DNA of 63,997 nucleotides, counting the filler, from Octopus bimaculoides (lineage: Eukaryota), in the NCBI RefSeq assembly GCF_001194135.2. It is 9 parts of 9 records of this genome, joined end to end, with 100 filler letters (N's around TTAATTAATTAA, not from the genome) between each part and the next. Parts side by side here need not be neighbours in the genome. Positions count along the whole stretch, not along the records: positions 31,975 to 45,488 come from NC_068988.1; positions 45,589 to 56,571 come from NC_068992.1; 7 more parts are not named here. One strand, given 5' to 3'. Below the pieces are notes generated by a model, which was given only the letters and a program-made list of their open reading frames with translations, was not told the origin of the DNA and did no database searches. Positions 41,135 through 55,560 of this stretch are shown one piece after another. Position 1 is the stretch's first letter, and each line of letters starts with the position of its first letter. The position numbers and the translations under genes were made by a program.

Positions 41135-41360
41135 CTATAAAACACAAAAAGAAAACTGGTTTAATATTTAAAAAATAAAGGCGAGGACCAAAAGGAAGGC
41201 TTTATTTTGTTTGTTTATTTTTATTGCTTTTAGACAAAGAATATGTTTATGCTGGGGTATCACCATATAACTTTCTTTCGTCCCTTCGTATTTATATTTT
41301 TCGTGTTTTTTTTTTAGTTATTTAGTTTAGTTTCGTGTTTACTTACACATGTACATAAGG

Positions 41361-41413
<53 letters not shown>

Positions 41414-43904
41414 GTATATATGTTTTCAACGAGCAAGAGAAAATAAAGAAATAGAAGGAGAAAGAATAAAAAAATGAGGTTATGTATAGTATGACTTTGA
41501 GAGAGTATTCATTGCTCATGAATTCAAATCAGCTATTGCTGTTTCTTAGTACGTTACCTTAGTACGTTACCTTAGTTCATAGCACTGAGATAAGTAGGAG
41601 AGCAAAACAGAAGATTTTGATAAGGCCATTTGTCATGAGAACACGATCTAACATTTCGGATTTTGCCCTTCATCTGAGAGTGAGGAAGAGGGAAAAAAAT
41701 ATGCTGTACCTGCTGGGCTGGAGGTAAATATTTATCATCATCGTCATTACCACCACCACCACCACCACCATCATCATCATCACTATCACTACTATCGTCA
41801 CACCCACCACCGTCGTCCTCGATGTCGTCGTCAACGTTATCGTGGATTGATAGAATCTTTAGAATTTCGAACGAAATGCTTTGCAATATTTTTCGGCCAT
41901 TTACGATATCAATCGGAATCCTACCGATGCAAGCATTGCTTTATTTCTTTCTGGCATCATTAAAATACCAGTCAAGTACTGCAATCAGATTAACTGACTA
42001 AACCCCTCCCATCAAAATTGTTGGCCGTGTGCCTAACTTAAAAACTATTATCAAAGGCAACAAGCTAGTAGAATCGTTAGACTTTCGGAGAAAATGTTTT
42101 GCAACATTTCTTCTGGTTCTCTACCTTCTGATTTCAAATTCCAATGCGGTCAATTTTGCTTTTTATCCTTTCACAATTGATAAAATAAAGAACCAGGCAA
42201 ATACTGTGGCCGATGGTATAGTCTAACTCCACATTCATTTTGACTTTAGCCTAAATTAGAAACTAATATTACCGTTTTTTTTTTACTTGCCTGCAGCCGA
42301 TGAGACAAAATCGCATTTATTGAAACCGCACTCTCTCCCTCTTCCTCTCTATCTCTCTCTCTTCTTCCCCTTTCTCTCTCACCCTTTCTTACACTCTCTC
42401 TCATACTCTCTTTCTCCCTCTCTCAAATGAAGAAAAATACCTGAACTGAACAGTTAAAATCTGTACTCACCGCAGAATGAACTTCCTTACTAATTACCTT
42501 ATTTGCCAACATATTTGAAGCACTCTCGCATATAGCACACCATAATTTTACAAGTATATTTTATGAGAAAAGACAAATTTAGTATGTTTCATGATACATT
42601 TATTTAAAGGTAATTTAAAGTGGTTTTGTTGGGAAAATGTATTATTCTTTGCTTGTGGATACAATGTTATGAGAGTATATTTGAATAAAGCATAAACCCA
42701 TAAATAAACTACGTTATGGGAGTACCATATTTAAATTTATCTTCTTTTAGATCAGTTGTATAATTGTTTACAGTTTAACCAAGAGAATTGCCAAAGAGGA
42801 TGTAAAACTTGTATTTTAGGCATAAATGTTTCGTGGCGATTGGCTCCCATGATGGGGCAACACCACTATGGTTTATGGTTTTGTTGCCATCCACCCATTG
42901 CAAATCGCTGATAGGCTGATGAAAGCTTAACGCTTCTGACGTCTTTCTAGGAGAATGTTCATTTAGATAATTAAGTAAATATTTGTTAAAGCTAACAATA
43001 ATTACGTAATGTAAGACATATAAGATGTGATTTATGCATGCTGGCGAAGGAGATAAAATGAAATGATGCGTATTACCCACATAACTACCAACGTACCGTT
43101 AGCAACTTTTCGTAAGATTGTGCTCAGAGATTATGATATTTTGATTTGTTTTCAATATTTTATTATTCATTACAATTGTTGTGACCAGTAGATTTTTGCT
43201 TATCTGACTCCCTATCTGATAACACTCAGTCTCCCATCTGTAATACATCTGCATTAGACACAGGAAATTTTTCGATTCATTTAGAAATATAAAAAGCACG
43301 TTTTACATGCCGGCAAGTACGGTGTTTGTTACTGACATAGACCGTCATTAGTCTACTTGTTTACATTATCAGATCAATCTGGTTCAGTCACAAATCACAG
43401 TTCAACATTTCTCTGAACGATTCTTTGTCATCGTTGTTATTTTTTTTATAAGATAGTTAAGGGAAGATAGAAACAGAGCTTGTAACCATTGTACCATCGT
43501 AGACTCTGTTAACTGGAGATATTGATACTGGAACGGGTGATATCTTACTTAAATATCTGCACGTTTAATATCTGTTGGACAAAGGTGTGCAGTGAGAAAA
43601 TAAAGGGTCAAGTTCGAGTGCTTGTCGCAGAATGAAATCCACTAATTGCATCAAAGAACACATCGGATCATATCCAAAAAGACGGAATAATCAGGGCTGT
43701 TACGTCTGTGATCATTGGTCGGCTCGAACGAGGCGGAGTTGAGGTTAAGCAATAACCACAATGATGACATTATTTATCTCCTCAGTTATATTCCCTAATA
43801 ATATTTACATGTAGGGAGATGGTACCACAGAATCGGGATAATGGTGGAGTAAATATAATGAACTATTTAATTTGAGTTTGAATTCCAATAAATAAATGAT
43901 ATAA

Positions 43905-44305
43905 GTATTAAGTTGTTCCGAAAATAATGGCCGCAATTTTATCATAGTATTTTAATTATATTTTAGGTGAATTTTGACATGCTTAATAATTGATGTATGC
44001 TCTTCAATAATTTTCTACTTATTTCAGACAGAAAACATTCTTGAAAAATAGGCGCCCTTAATTATGAACATGACAAAAAAAGAACCTTCGCTTACTTTTC
44101 TTGCATGAGTTCAAGCTTGGGCACAATGCCTCCCAAACTGCTACCAATATCAACAGAGCATGGGGAGATGGGTCCACAAGTGACGCACAGTACGAAGGTG
44201 GTTTCAGAAGTTTCGTAGTGGTGATGAGAGCCTTGAAGATGGAGAAGGTAGAGGACGGTTATGCAGCCTTGACAATGAACAATTGAAAGCAATTGTTGAA
44301 CAAAA
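43905..44305 (+). mobile_element. 5' fragment of a cecropia/Hsmar1-like mariner
   Basis: TIR-like tattaagttgttccgaaaataatggccgc. Frameshifted FLHEFKLGHNASQTATNINRAWGDGSTSD.TVRRWFQKFRSGDESLED. Confidence 0.75.
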
Positions 44306-44684
44306 CTGTAATCATCCCATCTTTTTCAGACATAGTTCATCTAAAACTACAGAATCCAACACGCTTTTTTATCTTGTTTGATTTTTAAGATTGTCTGGTG
44401 TGATTTGGTTGCTATTTCTAGTTGGTTTAGTTACCATATAAAAGCTATATCGTTATTGATAGTTGCAGTAATAGGAGTACCGTATAACTCAAGAGTTCAA
44501 TTGTTCGACTGGACACGGATAATGTAGCCCTTTATACACCTAAAAAAACGTATAATTACGGCTGCAATCCTTTTGATGATCTATGATACTTAATCAGGAC
44601 TAAATTAGTGTAAGAACAAACAAAGCAAAATGTCAAGTAAGAAAAAGAAAGAAAAAGAACTGAACGTAACAAAGATAAATTTAC

Positions 44685-44846
44685 CATATTCATTAAGAAA
44701 TTAATTTTCGTGCCATCTTGCGGCATAGTGATGTCAGGCTGTGGTTTTTGAAGTAGATACAAACTTTTCGTTCCTCTGTTCTTCACAGTATGGTAAGTAA
44801 TATCATCACTTTCTCCAAATGACCAAATGACCCGCATCGTACTTGT
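44685..44846 (-). CDS. MOXD1: Internal coding exon (162 nt, phase 0-0) of DBH-like monooxygenase; C-terminal end of DOMON domain plus linker
   Basis: Acceptor ttttgtag and donor gtaaat. Translates TSTMRVIWSFGESDDITYHTVKNRGTKSLYLLQKPQPDITMPQDGTKINFLMNM, resembling human MOXD1 STVRVIWAY...YHDSNRGTKSLRLL (recalled, not searched). Confidence 0.9.
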
Positions 44847-45214
44847 CTACAAAAGATTGAAAAAAAATATTGACATTTCCTCTGCTGCACTGCTTCACAC
44901 TGATCCATCCATCCATCCATCCATCCATCCATCTAAACATACATACATACATACATACACGCTTCAGAGCATAGAAATAAGCTCACATTACCACTTCTCC
45001 GAAGACTTCCCGAAGAAGAGATCCTGAAGTATTGAAATACAAAATAAAGTTCAAACCTTTGACTTGTATCATTTCTTATAACTTGCATTGTTGTGACTTT
45101 ACAAAGAACGAAAAACAATGCTTTCTTCAAACTATATATATATACACACACGCACACATACACAAACACACTCATACACACACACTCACACACACACATG
45201 TATATACATATATA

Positions 45215-45417
45215 TTCTTTTTTCTTTTACGTGTTTCTTTCATTTGATTGCAGTCATGCTGGAGCAACGCCTTTAGTCGAACAAATGGACCCCAGGTCTT
45301 ATTTTTTGTAAGCCAAGTACTTATTCTATCGGTCTTATTTGCCGAACCGCTAGTTTTATGGGGACATAAACACACCAACATCAGTTGTCAAGCGATGGTT
45401 GGGGGATAATTACGGAC

Positions 45418-45420
<3 letters not shown>
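45215..45420 (-). mobile_element. SINE family A 3' half
   Basis: Contains catttgattgcagtcatgctggagcaacgcctttagtcg and ccgaaccgctag. Confidence 0.75.
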
Positions 45421-45463
<43 letters not shown>

Positions 45464-45598
45464 GTATATATATATATATATATATATANNNNNNNNNNNN
45501 NNNNNNNNNNNNNNNNNNNNNNNNNNNNNNNNTTAATTAATTAANNNNNNNNNNNNNNNNNNNNNNNNNNNNNNNNNNNNNNNNNNNNAATAAAACTA

Positions 45599-45600
<2 letters not shown>

Positions 45601-45661
<61 letters not shown>

Positions 45662-45662
45662 G

Positions 45663-45696
<34 letters not shown>

Positions 45697-45698
45697 TG

Positions 45699-45756
<58 letters not shown>

Positions 45757-45758
45757 TG

Positions 45759-45810
<52 letters not shown>

Positions 45811-45815
45811 TGATG

Positions 45816-45892
<77 letters not shown>

Positions 45893-45900
45893 AATAATAA
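45601..45900. repeat. (AAT)n microsatellite with GAT interruptions
   Basis: Direct read; abuts the left end of the Chapaev3-like element. Confidence 0.95.
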
Positions 45901-48032
45901 CACTGATCTACAAGTCTTTTGGTCTTTAGGAAATAGACATCAATCCTATTACAAAATCGGTCTCCCGAATCCAAACATAACCTTCTTTTTGACCTATCAG
46001 ATCTAGTTGTTAAGTTATCGAACATCCCTATAGTCACTATGTATGTGTGTACGTCCAGCACGCAGTGTTCGTTACCTTATTTTAATTCTGAGTTATTTTT
46101 CGTTTTCCATACTTTTTAGATGTGGTAAACTAAGCAATAGAAAATGAGCAGGATGTCCTCTTCAAGAAAGCGTTGCGTTAATTCTCCAAATGTGTTTTGT
46201 TATGTTTCTGGAGAATACACATTACCTGAAAATCGAAAAAGCATCACTGATTTTGTTGAAAGCGCGTATATGGCATATTTAGGGATCAAGCTGGGAGACC
46301 AAGATTAATATTGGCACCGCATAGTGTTTGCAAACAATGTACTAAACATTTGCGGCAATGGACTAAAGGGACAAAGAAAAGTATAAGGTTTGCTATACCA
46401 ATGGTATGGCGGGAGCCCTATAATCACGTGGATGACTGCTATTTTTTAACCTAAATTTCCAGGGTATTAACCGGAAAAATTGACAAAAACCTGTCTAATT
46501 TGCCTCTGCTATTAGACCGGCTCCACACAGTGAAGAGCTTCCTGTTCCTGTCTTCAATGTCTTGCCTCAGATAACTTTACCCTCAACCAAAGAGGATTCA
46601 TCACCTGAAGAAGACACTAGAGATCAAGACATTTCAGTTGAGACTTTACCTCAGCTATTTGAACTAATGATCTAGTTCGTGACTTGAACCTCCCAAAAAT
46701 TCTGCAGAAGCGTTGGCTCCTCGACTGAATGAGAAAATCTTCTAGAGAATGGTCTCCGTATAACATTTTATCGGAGTTGGCATGAAGAGTTCCTTTCGTT
46801 TTTCACAAAAGAGGAAGAGCTGGTTTACTGCAGAGATGTCAGTGGACTTCTTAATAAACTTGGCATTGAGGAATACAAACTAGACCAATGGCGTCTTTTC
46901 ATAGATAGCTCTAAGAAAGTTTAAAATGTACATTGTTGCACAACGGAAATGTATATGGCTCTGTTCCACTCGGCCACTCAACAACTCTGAAGGCAAAATA
47001 TGAAGAAATTAAGTTGGTCTTATAGAAGATACTGTATCTTGACCATAGATGCTTCATCTGCGTTGACTTAAAGATGGAGAATTTTCTCATGGGACAGCAA
47101 TCTGGTTATACCAAATACCCATGCTTTCTATGTATGTGGGACAGTAGAGACCAAGAAAACCACTATGTTAAGGAAGACTGGCCGCCTCGAACAAATATGG
47201 CTCCATGTAGAGCTACCAATATATTGGAAGAACGTTTAGTTGAGTGAGATAAGATAATTTTTCCCTACTTTGCACACCAAGCTCAGATTGATGAAGCAAT
47301 TCGTCAAAGTTCTTGACAAAAATGGGGATTGCTTCAAGTATATCTGCAGTGTATTTCCATACCTGACGATTGAAAAGCTTAAAGCAGGGATTTTTGATGG
47401 ACCACAGATCCGTAAGCTCTTGAAGGACACATATTTCGTGAAGTAATGAGCGAAAATGAATCACCAGCTTGGCTAGCCTTTGCAGAAGTAGTGCAAGAAA
47501 ACTATAAAGACCTTATTACCAACTTGATATCAACTTTTCGTGATATTGGCGCGAATATGAGCATCAAAATGCATTATCTTTTTAGTTATCTTGATCCTTT
47601 TCCTGAAAATCTCGGATATGTTAGCGATGAACAAGGCGAACGATTCCATCAGGGCATCAAGGAGATGGAAACTCGGTACAAAGGACATTGGGACGCTGTG
47701 ATGATGGCAGACTATTGCTGTTGTTCAACATTCACGGTGCACAAAGAAGCACAAATGTATTCCTTGAATTTTCTACCAAAAATCTTAATCAATGTGCATT
47801 TTCAATTTTGAATTTTTATTTATACTACGTTTTGTTTTGTGTTACGCTCTGTTTATTGATTCATACTATATGCCTTTTGTTTGAATAAAATACTTACTCT
47901 ATCAGTTTTAGTCAGAAAACTAGACCTGATAGGGAAAAACTGAAGTTATTTTTGAATTTAGCAGGTAAAATCACTTAAGAATTCGTTGAAATATTCAAGG
48001 TACCAGACAAAAAATTGTTTTGTTGCCCAGTG
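45901..48032 (+). mobile_element. Full-length Chapaev3-like (CMC group) DNA transposon, inactivated
   Basis: Termini CACTG...CAGTG with TAA on both sides. Degenerate transposase from ~46144: CVNSPNVFCY, WREP.NHVDDCYF, RLFIDSSK, ICVDLK, GQQSGYTKYPCFLCMWDSRD, KAGIFDGPQIR, SDEQGERFHQ. Contains stops and frameshifts. Confidence 0.8.
46144..47760 (+). pseudogene. Disrupted Chapaev3-like transposase
   Basis: Motifs as above are spread over several frames. In-frame TAA near 46306; track ORF 47446-47811 is its C-terminal piece. Confidence 0.8.
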
Positions 48033-49685
<1,653 letters not shown>

Positions 49686-49960
49686 TAAAGAAGGGCTGTA
49701 GTCGTGGCTATTTTACTCTTACCAAATATGGAATTTCATTGCTGCTTGTTAATAGTGACAATAACAACAAAGTCTTTTGTTGAACAAAAACCAAAAACCA
49801 AAAAAAAAAAAGGAATAAACAAAAAAGAAGCAGGAATCAACCGTTACTGTGCCAAAATAGAGATGACATGGCCGAGTAGACAAATGCATTTGTACCTGCA
49901 GCCAGCCATGGATTGTTTGTTCGAAATCCATTGCAGGCATTCTTCTGCGATCACACCTCT

Positions 49961-50347
49961 TGAGGCGCAAAGGCCCAGTGGTTAAGGCTGCGGACTCGCG
50001 CTCATAGGATCGCGGTTTCGATTCCCAGACCGGGCGTTGTGAGTGTTTATTGAGCGAAAACACCTTAAAAGCTCCACGAGGCTCCGGCAGGGGATGGTGG
50101 CGAACCCTGCTGTACTCTTTCACCACAACTTTCTCTCACTCTTACTTCCTGTTTCTGTTGTGCCTGTAATTCAAAGGGTCAGCCTTGTCACACTGTGTCA
50201 CGCTGAATATCTCCGAGAACTACGGTAAGGGTACACGTGTCTGTGGAGTGCTCAACCACTTGCACGTTAATTTCACGAGCAGGCTGTTACGTTGATCGGA
50301 TCAACTGGGATCCTCGACGTCGTAAGCTACGGAGTGCCAACACAACA
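49961..50347 (+). mobile_element. Full-length SINE family C copy
   Basis: Highly similar to 28709-29113. TSD cgatcacacctc (49948-49959) / cgatcaaacctc (50348-50359). Confidence 0.9.
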
Positions 50348-50444
50348 CGATCAAACCTCACTATAGATTTATTTAATTATCCCCTTCACCAAGATGAACA
50401 TATAAGCATAAATGGTTGTGTTGTGAAGAATTGTATGTGCGTTC

Positions 50445-50935
50445 GTGACGAATTTTCGTCATCTCTTGTCAAAAATCTATCAATAACAGATTTTCGTCAT
50501 CTATAGTCTGTCTAGCATACTTGCAGTAACGAACTTTCGTTATCTTTCTATTTGTAGACCTAACATTAACGAAATTCCATCATCTTCTGAAGTTGAATAT
50601 TTACCGCTATCTTCACTATTCAAATATCTCACTGTAATGAAATTCCCTTACCTTCTTTAGCGAAAGACGATATATCAATGAACTTTGTCATCTTTAGTTA
50701 GTCAAAGATCCGACAGTGTCGAGCTTACGTAACCTTCTGTTTTCAACTGTCTTATTGTAATGAACTTTGTTATTTTCACTAATCAGTCTAAAATCTGTCA
50801 GTAAATATATTTAGTCATCCTCTTTAGTCAATCAAATATCTGAGTGTAACGATCATTAACCATTCTCTATAATCAAAGATCTGATAGTAACGACCTTTAA
50901 TTATCCTCTCTTGGCAGTCTAAGATGTGGCAATAA
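50445..50935. repeat. Highly degenerate ~38-45-bp tandem array
   Basis: About 11 units beginning gtaacga/gtaatga/ataac followed by a tttcgtcatct-like core. Confidence 0.6.
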
Positions 50936-51518
50936 CGTTTGGACCAAACTTCGCTGATGAGGTCTAACGCTATCAAAACATGCTCGGAGTTGTAACCTCA
51001 TGTTGCTCAAGATCAGCTTCATTGCACATTGTATTTATATGCTTTTGAAATTTAAACTCTGAGGTTTTCTTCCTTAATGTTCTTTGCCATTATTAGTCAT
51101 TTGTATGATTATTTCTTTTCACTAAGAATATAACTTTAATGAATTCTCACCTCCAGTGTAATACTGAATAATTAAAATTTCTTGGCAAATTATATAAAGC
51201 ATAATAACGCTATATTTGATGACATTAATGTAAAAATGTAGCTCATTTAACAGTTGGAAATTGACTTCGGAATTTAATAAAATACTCGTCAATTATACAG
51301 ATCTTAGCTCCTACATAGGCTTGTAAACTGAAGCTATCGCATAGGGCAAGCATAGTTAATAGCTTCGCAAACAAAATCATGGACTATTACCTGCGTTTCC
51401 CAATAACAGTGGGAGAATAAATACAAACCATTGAACATTGGACAGCAATTATGTTGGCCTCTTATAACACAAGACTTGCCAACCACCACTTCCTCCTCTT
51501 CATTACCATCATTGTTAC

Positions 51519-51567
<49 letters not shown>

Positions 51568-52004
51568 GTTATTATTATTATTACCATTATTATTATTGTT
51601 ATCATGGTAAGCTTGCAGAGTAGAATCGTTAGCACGCTGGTCCGTCTTTACCTTCATTCTCTCGGGATCGATAAAGTAAGTACCAGTTGAGCACTGAATT
51701 AATGTAATCGACTTATCTCCTCCCCAATATTCAGACTTTGTGCCTATAGTAGAAAATATTGTTGTTGTTGTTGTTACTGTTATATAACTCTTGTATAACT
51801 ATTACGAAATGAAGCTCAATTCGCAAATGTTAATAAAATATGAACAGTTCCATTGTTAATTAATAACGGTTTATTGTATTTTAAATGGTTTCTTTTATGG
51901 CGCATTAATTAATAATGGTAATTATTATTCGAATCAAAATAACGGTAATAGATCCTCAGTCGGTTTTAGCGATGAGCGTCTCTTTTTCGAGTACTGAACC
52001 ACCC

Positions 52005-52600
52005 ATTGCTAAATTGCAGGAGCTGACACAGTGATGCACCAGCTCCAGCATTCGATCCTCAGAAGAAAAGTTGTTAAAGAAAATGCCAAGCTCTCAATCT
52101 TCAGTTCAGTTTTTGCGCTTCACAACTGTGGTCATGTATGTTGGGTAATAACAAAAAAAAAGAAAAAAGTTTGCTTGCAAATACGAGCGGTCGAAAGGAA
52201 GTTCCTTCGAAGGATTTCTGATATAACGTAACTTGAAAGTTGCACAGCTCGGAAATCAAGGAGTCCCTCCAGGTCGAGCTGCTACTTCTCCACATTATGC
52301 GGTCACAGCTGCAGTACTACGGACATGTGATTAGGATGCCGCCGAAAAGAATTGCAGGAAGGATTCTTGAAGTCGAGCCAACCGGCAGCAGACCTCTGAG
52401 TTGACCAAGAATGAGCTGTTTGGAGAATAGCCATAGTCTCAATTGGTTACGCTAGGGGTCCAGCCGAGAAGTGTACCCCAACATTGCCGAAGTCCAATGG
52501 TCGAAAGAGAATGATAGAGACAATTGCCTTGAGATAGTGCCTCCATACTGATAAAATGGGTGCAGCTGATCACCGACTTGAACATCTACTGGTCAAAGTT
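52005..52600 (+). mobile_element. RTE-clade LINE 3' fragment (post-RT region)
   Basis: AKLSIFSSVF...GHVCWVIT...IRAVERKFLRRI, then ESLQVELLLLHIMRSQLQYYGHVIRMPPKRIAGRILEVEPTGSRP; frameshifted. Confidence 0.8.
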
Positions 52601-53539
52601 CACAAAAAGAAAGAGAAAAAAAAGGAAAACAGGAATGGCAAGGGAGAGAAATAGTGGACTGTAACAAAAGCCAAAGGCACCAGTATTTAAGTTACTATTT
52701 AATTTCAATAGAACAAAGTTATTTACTGTAATGAGCATATTTCACATACAGTAACAGCATTGGGAATCCAATGACGCGAGTAATGGTGTGCGCCAGCAAC
52801 AGCTTGTTAATATGAAAGTTTACTGGAGAATTTAATATGCTTAGCTGTCATGAGGAATGAAGAACGTGATGTTTTGAACATTTGCCCTCAGTCCGGATGT
52901 AAGAAAGACAGAAAGATAAAAAGTGGTTGGTTGCTTGGAGTGGAGGGAAAACTCAAGAAACACATATCTTGCCTCTCTTTTTCATCGATCTCTGTTGAAA
53001 GGCAAAGGTGCAGTCTATTACTCTATTACGCTCTGCACTCTTTGCGGCGACAATGGAATTTCTTGAATTCTCCTGTAAAACTTTGCATATCTTTAAAGAG
53101 TATTTTTCAGTGTTGTAACGAGATATGCATGATATAATATTGATAACTCATATGATCTAAAACAGTTTAAGTCACAATAAAAGTATTATTTACCGACTTT
53201 CCACTATTAATAATATATAATATATAATGTATAAAAATCTATAAGCAAATGTAAATAGGTATGAGATTTATTTGAATCGCTAAAGGGGAGCGTTTGCTTT
53301 TGTTTGTTTTTGTTGTTTTGCATAATTCTGTGATTGCAATTTCTCTTCGTTTTAGCCGTATTTATTGAAACTGTACATATATGTACGCGCGCGTGTGTGC
53401 ATGTATACACACATATATATAGATGTATATATGAATCTATGTATATATATATATATATATATATACATATATGATGTTAATAATAACGATAATAAAAGAT
53501 ATATATACATATATATTCATATATTTTATCTTATATATA

Positions 53540-53600
<61 letters not shown>

Positions 53601-55045
53601 TATTTATAGATTTATGTATGTATATACATTTATCTTCAGACCGCTACCAAAGCCGCCCGTTATATTTTTCCTTGTCGGCATTGACTTCTCCACAACACCT
53701 CAGGGCAGATGTGTGAGATTTAAAACATAAACATTGTTCCATTGAAACACAAAAGAACCTTGAGTGTTTTCGCCAACGGGTCAATGTAAAATTAGAGAAG
53801 CAAGAAAGTGAAAGACAGAAAGAACTGGTTATTGTGTTTGTATTTTCGTTGACTATGTTAGTGTCCTTGTCGTTTGTGTATGGTATCTTTTACATACAAA
53901 CATTGGTTCTCTTTTCTTAAACGACTTGGAAAACCTGTGAATGCAATTAGTTATTCCACTGTTCGTAATGCAGTTACTTTTGCAACATTGCCAATGGTAG
54001 GACAGGAATTTTTTGAAGGGTTTCACTACAACCGTTGCTTTCTTTTAGTCTTATATTCTTCTTTTCTCCTTCTCTTTCTTCGTTTCATTCCGCCCCCACC
54101 CCACCCACTACCTTCTTGGCGTCGTGCACTGTGTATAAACGAAGAACTATATAAATAAATAGATAAATGAACGTAAAACAGAAGACTTTCCGAAGCAACA
54201 TCCTACCTCAGGGTTCTGTAATCCAGCTGATCTTACTAGACTATATAAACCGATGTAGAAACACACTCAAGAATCTCAACACTGTTTTAATGAAATTACT
54301 GAAAGCTGTTACAAACCAATTAACAACCATCGGCACATTTTAAACTGATTTTTATGCAAACAACACTTCTTGAATCGCTTTATTTATTCTATTAGATTAT
54401 CAATAAATTTTACCTGATTAAACTACAAGATCTTCGTTATTTACGTATTTATTTAGGTAGTTATACACTTATTTATTCATTCATTTTCTTTTGCGTTCTC
54501 CTGTCTATCCATCGCCATCATCACGTTGATACTAATTCAGATTCGATTTATATATCGCTTACTCTGCCCTCGATCTAAACATCGTTTCTCTGCAAATATA
54601 GCTTCCTCATACGAATTGTCGTTCGTGATTTTTATAGATTTCCTCCCCACATCACCTAATTTATTAAGGTAAAAAATAAAATAAAAGTCTCTTATAATTT
54701 CTTTATCCTTATTAGTACGGTTGACGTGGTGGTGGTGGTGGTGGTGGTGGAGAATAACATGACGTGTAAAATGTTGTCCAAGAGAAATACATAAACGTCG
54801 TCATGGCAATTGAAACGGAAAAACGGAAACAGAGAAAACGTGATGACAGAGTAAGACGGAAACAGCAATAGCAACAACATTAAATCTGCAGCAGCATTAT
54901 CAACCACAAGCAACAAGAGGATCTACACGGTCGCTCAATGTGCTAAGAGTCACAGTCAGGTTTGAGACACAGCGGCACGTTGCGTTCTTGAGCAACGCGC
55001 TTCATTTGACATTATTCTAATCTTTAAAAAAAAAAATAAGCAGAT

Positions 55046-55560
55046 AAAAGGTAAAGTTACTTTCTCGAGTCATGCCGACCCATAAGGGCCGGTTTCCCGG
55101 TTTCCATTGCAGATATATATTCCCCACCTGGACGGGACACCAATCCTTTGCAGGATTCCTTATTTTTACCAGCTGAGTGGACTGGAGCAACCTGATATGA
55201 AGTGCTTTGCTCAAGAACACAAAGCGTTGCCCGGTCCAGGAATCGAAACCACAATCTTACGATCTTGAGTTCAACGCTCTAACCACTAAGCCACGTACCT
55301 CCACAAAGGTAAAGTGACCTTCTCGAGTTATACCAGCTCACAAGGGCTGGTTTCCCAGTTTCAGTGGCGTATATATTTCCCACCTGAATGGGACATCGGT
55401 TGGTCACAGGATTACTCATTTTTGCCAGCTCAGTGGACTGGAGCAGCGTGAAATGAAGTGTTTTGCTCAAGAATACAACGCATTCTTCGGTCCAGGAATC
55501 ACAACCACAATATTACGATCTTGAGTCCAACACACAAACCATAAATCCACGCGCCTCCAC
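55046..55560 (-). mobile_element. Tandem dimer of a tRNA-head SINE with Meta-like central domain (family D)
   Basis: Two ~257-bp units (55046-55303, 55304-55560), each running aaaggtaaagt...ctggagca...gctcaagaa...ctccac. Fragments at ~5140-5230, 55950-56075 and 61040-61205. Confidence 0.8.
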
